Shown here one piece after another: positions 18,808-26,999 of a stretch of DNA of 64,000 bases (position 1 is the stretch's first letter; the number at the start of each line of letters is the position of its first letter). The stretch comes from Methylobacter sp. (GTDB lineage: Bacteria; Pseudomonadota; Gammaproteobacteria; Methylococcales; Methylomonadaceae), in contig NZ_JAUXVR010000009.1 of assembly GCF_030680395.1 (NCBI RefSeq), positions 39,931-103,930 of the forward strand. Reading direction: 5' to 3'. The notes below the pieces were generated by a model. That model was not told the DNA's origin and ran no database searches. It saw only the letters and a list, made by a program, of their open reading frames with translations. A program made the position numbers and the translations under genes.

Positions 18808-20235
18808 TTACTCGGTAAAAGGAATATTTATTTCAATACGCAACCCGCCTTGCGGGCGATTGCTAGCTTGTATGCGCCCGGCATGGGCCTCTATCGCACG
18901 ATAGGCGATGGCTAATCCCAGACCTATACTGTCGGCTTTGCCTCGATCGCCGCTACGGAAAAACGGTTCGAAAATCGCCGACAAATCGCTCTCGGCAACG
19001 CCCGGCCCCTGGTCATAGACCGCCACCTGTAAGCGGCGTTTACCGGTATCGAAACGAACTATAACCGCCACCTCACCGCCTTTTTTGCAATGCTGCAACG
19101 CATTACGCAATACGTTTTCAATCGCGCGATGCAGCAATTCGCTACGGCCTTTGACCACCGTTTCTTCAATGCCGTCATAGCGAATAACAACCCCATACTG
19201 CTCGGCTTCAAAACGGGCATTTTCGACAATATCGTCCAGCAAACCGCCGATGTCGAAATCATGGCTTTCGCTGCCGGAAACACCGGCTTCCAAACGGGAC
19301 AGCACCAATAATTCGCCGACCAGGTCGCTGATGCGTTGCGATTCCCGTTCAATACGTTCCATCATCGCCATAATCTTTTCCGGTTGTTGCTGGGCCAGAC
19401 CGATAGCGGCCTGTATCCGCGCCAGCGGCGAACGCAATTCATGGGAGACATCGTGCAGCAAGCGTTGCTGGGCATGCACCAAATTATGAATCTGTCCGGC
19501 CATGTGATCGAAGTTTTGCCCCAGATCGGATAATTCATCGCGACGCTTTCCCATTGATGAACCGACCCGGGTATCCAGATCGCCTTGCGCTAGCGCGGTA
19601 AAAGCGTTGCGCAAACTGCGAATCGGCTTGGCAAAATACCAGGCCAGCGCCGCACTGAATATCAGACTGGCAAAAGTACCGGCCAGAATCGGCAACAGCG
19701 GCGATGGCGGCTCGCGCGGCGACCGGGGAGGACGCGAAAAATAACCCTCAGGAGGCGGCGGAGCAAAACCGGCATCCGCTTCTTCACCCGGCATGCGCGG
19801 CGGACGATCGGCAAAACCGTGTTCCGGCAGCGGCACAAACAGCAAATAACGATGTCCATCCTCTGTCGACACCCTACGAATCGCCTCAGGATAGGCGGCC
19901 TGCAAGAATAGTGTCCGCGCCTGCTGCAAAACCTCGGGCGCGACGCTACGCTGTAGAAGTTCCCGGTCTTGATCGTCAACCGCATAAACCGGCGGAAAAG
20001 GAGCATCACGCATGGCCTCAAGAAAGTTGCGCAACCCAGCAACTCCGCCATGCCGGATAGCATTATCCGCGACAGCGACAAACGATGCCGCGTGCCTGAC
20101 ATCAATCGTATGCTTGACCGTTTCAGTTCCCTGCCACGCGTTATGCCTTAACCAGACCGCCGTGCCGACACCGATACCGGCCACCAGCAAAGCCAGCCAG
20201 AAGGTAAGGAAAAACTTCCAGAACAAACGCCCCAT
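18808..20235 (-). CDS. two-component sensor histidine kinase (CpxA-like: periplasmic domain, HAMP, HisKA, HATPase)
   Basis: 475 aa with two TM segments and a HAMP region. The H-box is LLHDVSHELRSPL, the N-box is VLRNALQH, and the G-boxes are DQGPGV and GLGLAIA. Confidence 0.88.
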   Translation of the reverse strand: MGRLFWKFFLTFWLALLVAGIGVGTAVWLRHNAWQGTETVKHTIDVRHAASFVAVADNAIRHGGVAGLRNFLEAMRDAPFPPVYAVDDQDRELLQRSVAPEVLQQARTLFLQAAYPEAIRRVSTEDGHRYLLFVPLPEHGFADRPPRMPGEEADAGFAPPPPEGYFSRPPRSPREPPSPLLPILAGTFASLIFSAALAWYFAKPIRSLRNAFTALAQGDLDTRVGSSMGKRRDELSDLGQNFDHMAGQIHNLVHAQQRLLHDVSHELRSPLARIQAAIGLAQQQPEKIMAMMERIERESQRISDLVGELLVLSRLEAGVSGSESHDFDIGGLLDDIVENARFEAEQYGVVIRYDGIEETVVKGRSELLHRAIENVLRNALQHCKKGGEVAVIVRFDTGKRRLQVAVYDQGPGVAESDLSAIFEPFFRSGDRGKADSIGLGLAIAYRAIEAHAGRIQASNRPQGGLRIEINIPFTE

Positions 20236-20239
20236 GCCC

Positions 20240-20935
20240 TTACTCCTTCACCAATTGGTAACCCTGACCGCGCACTGTCTGAATATAAGAGCGCCCGTCG
20301 CTTTGACAGCCCAGTTTCTGGCGAATGCTGCTCATATGCACATCGATACTTCTATCGAAACGCGCCAAAGGCCGTCCGAGCGCTTTTTCCGACAATTCGT
20401 TTTTGGTGACGATACGGCCGACATTCATCGCCAGCGTTTCCAGCAAATTAAACTCGGTACTGGTCAGATCCATATCCTGATCGAACCATGACGCCTTGCG
20501 TTTTTCGCCCCAAATTCTCAAAGGGCCGGCAACAATCGGCCCGTTGCCGATGGCATCGCTTACAGGCTGGGTCCGGCGTAAAATCGCGCGGATACGCGCC
20601 GCCAGCTCCCTTGGCGTGCAGGGCTTGGGCACATAATCGTCCGCTCCTGATTCCAATCCGATAATCCGGTCGACATCATCGCCTCTGGCTGTAAACATCA
20701 GCACCGGAATACGGCTTTCCATACGGATGCGCATTAAGACCTCGGTGCCTTTTATATCCGGTAACATAATGTCGAGAATCACCAGCTGGTAGTCGCCCGA
20801 CAAAGCCAGCCGCCGCCCCGGCTCGCCCTGATGGGTCACTTCGACCGCGAAGCCATCCTGTTCCAGATAATCCTTGAACAGCCCTGCCAGTTCCACATCA
20901 TCGTCGATGATTAAAATTTTCGTCACGCTCGCCAC
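20240..20935 (-). CDS. OmpR/PhoB-family response regulator (CpxR-like)
   Basis: The receiver domain reads ILIIDDD...LVILDIMLPD...K. The C-terminal winged-helix reads FNLLETLAMN...IDVHMSSIRQKL...VRGQGYQL. It lies 4 nt upstream of the kinase gene. Confidence 0.9.
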   Translation of the reverse strand: MASVTKILIIDDDVELAGLFKDYLEQDGFAVEVTHQGEPGRRLALSGDYQLVILDIMLPDIKGTEVLMRIRMESRIPVLMFTARGDDVDRIIGLESGADDYVPKPCTPRELAARIRAILRRTQPVSDAIGNGPIVAGPLRIWGEKRKASWFDQDMDLTSTEFNLLETLAMNVGRIVTKNELSEKALGRPLARFDRSIDVHMSSIRQKLGCQSDGRSYIQTVRGQGYQLVKE

Positions 20936-21001
20936 CTTAATTATTTTGTTAACGGCATCATAACTTCACACCGTGACAACCGCCACACTCCGCCCACTGG
21001 A

Positions 21002-21016
21002 TTTACCTGAATTTAC
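21002..21016. promoter_or_regulatory. CpxR-type direct-repeat box (GTAAA-N5-GTAAA on the minus strand) in the divergent regulator/cpxP intergenic region
   Basis: The plus strand reads TTTAC-CTGAA-TTTAC. A third TTTAC lies at 21034-21038. The box is 67 nt from the regulator start and about 100 nt upstream of the CpxP-like ATG. Confidence 0.6.
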
Positions 21017-21116
21017 ATTTCAATAACAGCGCTTTACCTGCATTGGAGTGATACTGAACACGACGGAATCAACCCTGTTCCGTCGCCTCTTTTATTAAAT
21101 ACACGGAGATTTTTTT

Positions 21117-21560
21117 ATGCGCAAACTGCTGTTGATTCTGCCCTTATTACCGGCGATAGCCTTAGCTAACCCGCAAATGCCCGGCGAACCTCCTTTCGGA
21201 GGCATGCCGCCATCCAAACATCATCGATCCGGGCATGATGAAGCGCACTTGCCGGGCTTTTTACATCAACTCGATCTGGGCGAAACACAACAAAGTGAAA
21301 TCAAAGCGCTGGTCAAAGCCCATCGCGCCGAACTCGATGCCAAGCTGAAAAATGCAATAAGCATTGGCAAGGAGATTCATCAGCTAAGCTTTTCCAACGA
21401 CTACAGTGATGACAAAATCCAGGCGCTGCTTGACCAGGCGGACGCCATTCACAAAGAAACGGCATTACAGAAAGCCAGACTGGACAATGCCATTTTCAAA
21501 CTGTTAACCAAGGAGCAACAAGAGAAATTGCAAAGCAAAATGGCTCATTTCGAAGATTAA
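21117..21560 (+). CDS. periplasmic CpxP/Spy-family protein (LTXXQ)
   Basis: 147 aa with a signal peptide and an LTXXQ motif (LLTKEQQEKL). It is divergent from the two-component genes, as in the E. coli cpxP-cpxRA layout. Confidence 0.75.
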   Translation: MRKLLLILPLLPAIALANPQMPGEPPFGGMPPSKHHRSGHDEAHLPGFLHQLDLGETQQSEIKALVKAHRAELDAKLKNAISIGKEIHQLSFSNDYSDDKIQALLDQADAIHKETALQKARLDNAIFKLLTKEQQEKLQSKMAHFED

Positions 21561-21624
21561 TCCATAGCGCTGCATTGTGCGCCCGGTTATTGGCTGGGCG
21601 CAATTCTCAAGACCGAAAACCCTG

Positions 21625-22100
21625 TTTTCCGGTTCCCAAGCTCCAGTTCTCGTCGTTATACACAAGTATCTGCGTAACACCGTCTATTCCTCATTCCCAC
21701 ACAGCGCGCCACTGCCATTAAGTTAAGCACAATGACGCCGTAGGAGCGGGCCATGCCCGCGATGAGGAAGCTACATTTCTGCAATCGCTGCCCAAATGTC
21801 GCGGGCGCGGCCCGCTCCTACAACCCTTAACTTAATAGCAGTGACACAGCGCGTTGGAACGAGAGTAATTTTAGTGGACGCTGGTTGCTCCAGCTTGGGA
21901 ATTCGGTGTGGGAAGCTCCAGCTTCCCGTTTCGCGAAGCTAGAGCTTCGTCACCTGGGTTCCCAAGCTGGAGCTTGGGACCCCGCGGAATTTTCTCGTTC
22001 CCACGCGCGGCGTGGGCATGCAGTGCTGGACGCGCTGCGTCCCGCATTCGCAAAACGTTGGTCGTAACTCGCGGCGTAGCGCATGGGAACGAGGTATGCC
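21625..22100. repeat. composite cluster of at least three palindromic repeat families
   Basis: Outer arms TTCCCACACAGCGCGCCACTGCCATTAAGTTAAG and CTTAACTTAATAGCAGTGACACAGCGCGTTGGAA (21694-21727 and 21826-21859) form a nested palindrome. They enclose a GTAGGAGCGGGCCATGCCCGCGA / TCGCGGGCGCGGCCCGCTCCTAC REP (21739-21821). Three ..AAGCTnnAGCTT.. palindromes follow at 21910-21980. CTCGTTCCCACGCGC...GCGCATGGGAACGAG arms lie at 21997-22094. Confidence 0.8.
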
Positions 22101-22105
22101 TTCTT

Positions 22106-22176
22106 CACCACGAAGACACGAAGAAAAACACTTAATTAATTCATTGAAAACTTCGTGTTCTTCGTGTCTTCGTGGT
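22106..22176. repeat. CACCACGAAG...CTTCGTGG hairpin repeat, copy 2
   Basis: CACCACGAAGACACGAAGAAAAAC...loop...CTTCGTGTTCTTCGTGTCTTCGTGGT. Confidence 0.8.
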
Positions 22177-22195
22177 TATTCTTACTGTCGCCGCA

Positions 22196-22210
22196 TTTAC
22201 CCAATTTTAC
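22196..22210. promoter_or_regulatory. second CpxR-type box upstream of the hydrolase/efflux operon
   Basis: The plus strand reads TTTAC-CCAAT-TTTAC, in the same orientation as the cpxP box and nearly identical to it. A further TTTAC lies at 22227-22231. The box ends 78 nt before ATG 22288. Confidence 0.5.
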
Positions 22211-22287
22211 ATTTTGCTAACATTGATTTACCCGTAATTCCGGCATACTGAATCCTTCATATCAAGCCACCACTCCCTCAAATCGCC

Positions 22288-23568
22288 ATGAACAAAACTA
22301 CGGCTTATTTTCCGGCAATGATCGCCTGTGCAGTTTTCCTGACCGGTTGTTTTTTCCGCCCGTCCCCGCCAACATCGGAAGAGCAGGCTGAAAAGGTCGG
22401 ACAGTTTATTGCCGAGGGCGGCTACTCTCCCGCGCACAGCTACGCGATCGATTCGATCCGCGAAACTTGGCGGCATGATGGTCAAGCCGTGGAAATTTCA
22501 ATGCTTGCACCGACCGCTCCGGGCGTTTATCCGCTGATTATTTACCTGCCGGGCTTGGGCGAGCATGCCGATGGCGGCCGACTCTGGCGCGAAACCTGGG
22601 CTAAAGCCGGTTACGCGGTTTTCAGCATGCAGCCGCTTGAAATCGGCGAAGCGCTCAAAGAACTGGGGCCAATGCAGGGAATGGGCGACGATGCAGGACC
22701 GGCCGGACCTCCCGAAGACGAGCAGGGCCCGCCTGGCGACAACAAATCCATGCCGTCGAAAGCCCTCAGAAACAGCGAGCTGCACTATCTGGGACATGAG
22801 TATTTTTCTCAGGAATCCCTGAACAAACGCATCAACCACCTGCTCTGGGCTCACGCTCAACTCAAGCTGAGGTCAAAGTCAGGCAAAGGCTTGTTTGCGG
22901 CCGCGGATTTGTCGCGATTGATCATTGCCGGTTACGACCTCGGCGCGCAAACAGCGGCCGCGATGATTGGCGAGAAATCCGGGGCCGATCTGTCCCAAGC
23001 GCAAGACTTCAAGCCGCTTGCCGCAATTTTATTCAGTCCATCCGTCGATATGGCGCTCGGTCAGGTCGCGACCCGTTACAAAAATATTTCCATTCCCTTG
23101 CTGGTGGTGACCGGCAGCGAGGACGACGATCCTTACGGGATCAGTTCTCCTTATGTGCGCACGGCAATCTGGGAATACGCACCGCTTGGCAATAAATATT
23201 TGCTGCTATTAAATAAAGGCAATCATCATCTATTGGCAGGATCTAACTTGAAACATCGGCAAGAGCCGGGCTCACCTCAGGAATCCAGCGGAAAAACCGG
23301 CCCCGGCGACGCCATGCCGCGCTTTGGCGGTTCTTTTCAAGGCGGGGGCGGCCCGGCCGGTGGCCCTCCTCCGGGAGGCATGACGGGCAGGTCGCCGCAT
23401 GGCGGTCGGCAGGACAGCGAACAGGATTTTAAACATATCGCCGCCGTATTCAGCGTATCCGGCGCATTTTTAGACGGCATCGGCAAGTCCGACGCCGTTG
23501 CCCAATCGTGGATTTCGGGGAAGCCCAATCACTGGCTGAAGAAGTCGTCAAACCTGAAAATGAAATAG
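22288..23568 (+). CDS. lipoprotein, alpha/beta-hydrolase fold (dienelactone hydrolase / PAF-acetylhydrolase-like) with Gly/Pro-rich inserts
   Basis: It has a lipobox (FLTGC). Hydrolase-fold strands read LIIYLPGLGEHADG and the nucleophile-elbow position reads IIAGYDLGA. A later acid/His region reads VVTGSEDDDP...GNHH. Confidence 0.6.
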   Translation: MNKTTAYFPAMIACAVFLTGCFFRPSPPTSEEQAEKVGQFIAEGGYSPAHSYAIDSIRETWRHDGQAVEISMLAPTAPGVYPLIIYLPGLGEHADGGRLWRETWAKAGYAVFSMQPLEIGEALKELGPMQGMGDDAGPAGPPEDEQGPPGDNKSMPSKALRNSELHYLGHEYFSQESLNKRINHLLWAHAQLKLRSKSGKGLFAAADLSRLIIAGYDLGAQTAAAMIGEKSGADLSQAQDFKPLAAILFSPSVDMALGQVATRYKNISIPLLVVTGSEDDDPYGISSPYVRTAIWEYAPLGNKYLLLLNKGNHHLLAGSNLKHRQEPGSPQESSGKTGPGDAMPRFGGSFQGGGGPAGGPPPGGMTGRSPHGGRQDSEQDFKHIAAVFSVSGAFLDGIGKSDAVAQSWISGKPNHWLKKSSNLKMK

Positions 23569-23575
23569 CCTACCG

Positions 23576-25002
23576 ATGAGAGCGACAAAGAAAAATACGC
23601 TGTGGTTGCTTGCGCCGCTAATATCGGGATGTTTTATGGTGGGCCCCGATTACCGGCAGCCGCAAACCCAATTACCGGCAAACTGGAGCACTACCGAAAT
23701 CGGCAGCCCGGCAGCAAAAATGGCCGACATCAGCCGTTGGTGGACCGTTTTCAACGATCCTGTTCTGACGGAACTGATGGGGAAAGCTCAAGCGGGTAAT
23801 CGGGATTTATATCAGGCTGAGGCCAGATTGCGTGAGGCGCGCGCTCGTCGTCAGTTGGCCAAGGCCAATTTGTTGCCGACATCGTCGTTAACAGCATCGG
23901 CCCGCCAAAGCGGCAGCAGCGAGGCTGCCGCTTTGGCACCACCAGCGAGCTGTACAGTAATAGCCTGGATGCCAGTTGGGAAATCGATATTTTCGGCAAA
24001 AAGCGGCGCGCCATCGAAGCGGCCGAGGCGACCATGCAGGCGGCACAGGAAGATTTGCGCGACGTTTTAGTCAGTTTGTGCGCGGAAGTGGCGCTTAACT
24101 ATGTCGATGTGCGCAGCTACCAAACCCGCCTTAAAATTACCGAAGACAACTTGGCCGCACAGAATGAAACCTACGACATTACCCGCTGGCGGTATCAAGC
24201 CGGACTGACCACGCAGCTGGATGTCGATCAGGCCAAATTGACAATGGAAAATACCCGCGCCGGTATCCCCAGTTTGCGAAGTACGCTGGAACAGGCCAAG
24301 CACCGACTGGCGCTGTTGCTGGGACAACAACCCGACACCCTGAAGCGGTTGCTGGCCGCATCCGCCCGGATTCCCGCCGCCTCTGCCGGGATCGGCGTTG
24401 GCATCCCGGCAGACCTGTTGCGCCGACGTCCTGATGTGCGGCGTGCCGAGCGTAAACTGGCCTCGCAAACCGCTCAAATCGGCGTTGCCGAGGCGGCGCG
24501 CTATCCCGATTTCACGCTATCAGGCTCTATCGGCCTGGAATCTCTGGCTTACGCCAATCTCTATACCGCCGGGGCCAAGGCCTTTCAAGTCGCCGCAAAT
24601 GCCGCCTGGACCTTACTCGACGCAGGACGCATCCGCAGTAACATCAACATTCAAAACGCCCTTCAGGAACAGGCGCTGGGTTTGTATCAGTCGACTCTAC
24701 TGACTGCGCTCCGCGATGTCGAAAATGCGCTGACGGCTTATTCCGAAGAACGTAAGCGCCGCGATGCACTGAACGCGGCTGTGGAGGCAGGCATCAGTGC
24801 ATTGGCTCTGGCCGACGCGCAGTACATTTCCGGCTTACTCGATTTTCAGCGAGTTCTGGATTCGCAGCGCTCGCTACTGAGCGCGCAAACCCAATTAGCC
24901 ACCAGCGAGTCTGAAGTCGCCGCCGATATTGTTCGACTTTACAAGGCGCTCGGCGGTGGCTGGCACGCCAACAACAACTCTGAGCAAACCGATCATGAAT
25001 GA
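23576..25002 (+). pseudogene. NodT-family outer-membrane efflux lipoprotein, reading frame broken near 23932
   Basis: The track splits it into 23576-24070 and 24034-25002. The N-terminal part has a lipobox (LISGC) and VGPDYRQP. The family-typical ...FGTTSELYSNSLDASWEIDIFGKKRRAIEAAEA continues in another frame from about 23932, which is consistent with one missing base at the TTT run 23932-23934. Confidence 0.75.
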
Positions 25003-26271
25003 TCCAAACAGCCAGGCAACACAACCTATCGCCGAAGTGCTCGGGCTCAATCCGGCAAACAGCCGCTCAAAAAATGGCGGTGGCTTGCCGTTGCGCTCGG
25101 CATCACGATCCTGGTCGTCGTCTTCGCATTCAATAGCGGCAATGACCAACAAGCCAGTTATGTCACGCAAGCTGTAACGCGCGGTGATCTGGAGGTTACC
25201 GTCAGCGCCACCGGCACTTTGGCGCCGCTCAAGGAAGTCGAAGTCGGCATAGAGGTATCCGGAACCATCAAGTCGGTAGAAGCGGATTATAACGATAGCG
25301 TCACGGTCGGCCAGGTGCTGGCGCGTCTGGATACTACCCGGCTTGAGGCGCAGGCCTTGCAATCGCAAGCCGCACTGGAGTCGTCCCGCGCCAAAGTCCA
25401 GCAGACTCATGCCAGCTTGCTGGAGGCGGAAGTGAAAATGGCGCGACAGCTGCATGTCCAGCAATTGAGCGGCGGCAAAGTGCCGTCCCTATACGACCTC
25501 GACACCGCCAGGGCGACGCTGGCGCGGGCACGCGCCGATGAAGCCGCCGCCAAGGCAGCGGTAGATCAGGCGCAAGCGGCGCTGAATGTCAATCGCACCG
25601 ACATTACCAAAGCGGTGGTGCGCTCGCCGATCAACGGCGTGGTGTTGAAGCGCTCGGTGGAACCGGGACAGACTGTCGCCTCGCAGTTTCAGGCGCCGGT
25701 GCTGTTTACGCTGGCCGAAGATTTAACGCAAATGGAATTACAGGTCGATGTCGATGAGGCGGATGTCGGTTTGGTGCAGCCGGGTCAGAAAGCGTTGTTT
25801 ACCGTCGATGCCTACGCCGACCGCAGCTTTCCGGCCGAGATTACCCAAGTGCGTTTCGGTTCGGAAACGGTAGACGGGGTGGTAACCTATAAAACCGTGC
25901 TGCGGGTCGATAATTCCGCGCTGTCTTTGCGGCCGGGTATGACTGCCACGGCCGTAATTACCGTCGATAAAAAAACCGACGTTTTGTTGGTCGCCAACAG
26001 CGTATTGCGCTTTACGCCGCCGGTAACGCCGGGCAAACAAAAGGCTAAAGGCAGTTTCCTGGATTCGCTGCTGCCGCATCCGCCGCGTCAAGAATCGCGT
26101 CAAGCGGAGGCCGCAAACAGCAAAACCCAACAGGTTTGGACTCTACGTAACGACGAACTCGCGTCTATCAGCATTACCAAAGGTGCGACTAACGGCATTG
26201 TCACCGAAATTGTCGACGGCGCTGTTACAGCCGGTACCGAACTGGTTACCGGACAGGTCAGTAAACCATGA
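24995..26271 (+). pseudogene. macA: MacA/HlyD-family periplasmic adaptor, apparent frameshift in an A6 run near the 5' end
   Basis: ATG 24995 overlaps the outer-membrane factor stop (ATGAATGA) and reads MNDPNSQ...ANSRSK. The TM helix and family core (KKWRWLAVALGITILVVVF...VTRGDLEVTVSATGTL...) are in another frame that has no upstream start codon. The frames meet at AAAAAA, 25069-25074. Confidence 0.7.
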
Positions 26272-26999
26272 TCGCTACGTCTGCCAATGAGAATCCGCAG
26301 CCGCTGTTGGAGCTGCAACAAGTCACTAAAGTCTATGGCACCGGCGAAGCAGCTATGCCGGCCTTGCGTGGCGTAAGTTTTCGGATTGAACCAGGCGAAT
26401 TTGTGGCCGTGATGGGACCGAGTGGCTCGGGCAAGAGTACCTGCATGAATATTTTAGGCTGTATGGATCAACCGACTGCTGGGCGATATTGTTTTCAGAA
26501 TGTCGATGTCGGCCTGCTGTCGCGCAATCAGCGCACTTTGTTACGCCGTCATTATCTGGGTTTCATCTTTCAGGGCTTCAATCTGCTTAACCGCACCTCG
26601 GCGTTGGAGAACGTGGAATTGCCGTTGATTTATCGCGGTATCGACAGCGATGTCCGCCGCGCCGCCGCCTATCAGGCGCTCGATACAGTCGGTCTGAAAG
26701 GTTGGGAGCACCACACGCCCGGCGAATTATCCGGCGGGCAACAGCAACGGGTCGCCATTGCTCGCGCTATCGTCACTCAACCTTTGTTGCTGCTGGCCGA
26801 CGAACCGACCGGTAATCTCGACTCGAAACGCAGTGAGGAAATCATGGAATTGTTGACGACATTTAATCGCGATAGGGGGATTACCATCGTCATGGTTACT
26901 CATGAAGCCGACATGGCGGCTTACGCCAAGCGTACCGTGCATTTTCGCGACGGCCTGATCGAAAGCGATCAAAACCAACCCGGAGACAGCTTATGTTAG
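26268..26999 (+). CDS. ABC transporter ATP-binding protein (MacB/LolD-type)
   Basis: Walker A is GPSGSGKST, the signature is LSGGQQQRVAIARA, and Walker B is LLLADEPTGNLD. The start overlaps the macA stop. Confidence 0.9.
   Translation: MIATSANENPQPLLELQQVTKVYGTGEAAMPALRGVSFRIEPGEFVAVMGPSGSGKSTCMNILGCMDQPTAGRYCFQNVDVGLLSRNQRTLLRRHYLGFIFQGFNLLNRTSALENVELPLIYRGIDSDVRRAAAYQALDTVGLKGWEHHTPGELSGGQQQRVAIARAIVTQPLLLLADEPTGNLDSKRSEEIMELLTTFNRDRGITIVMVTHEADMAAYAKRTVHFRDGLIESDQNQPGDSLC

Noticed and set aside
21871-22251. Several 60-79-aa ORFs on both strands (for example ...GSQAGAWDPAEFSRSHARRGHAVLDALR...).
   Set aside because: They are translations of the stacked palindromic repeats, and mirror-image ORFs occur on both strands.
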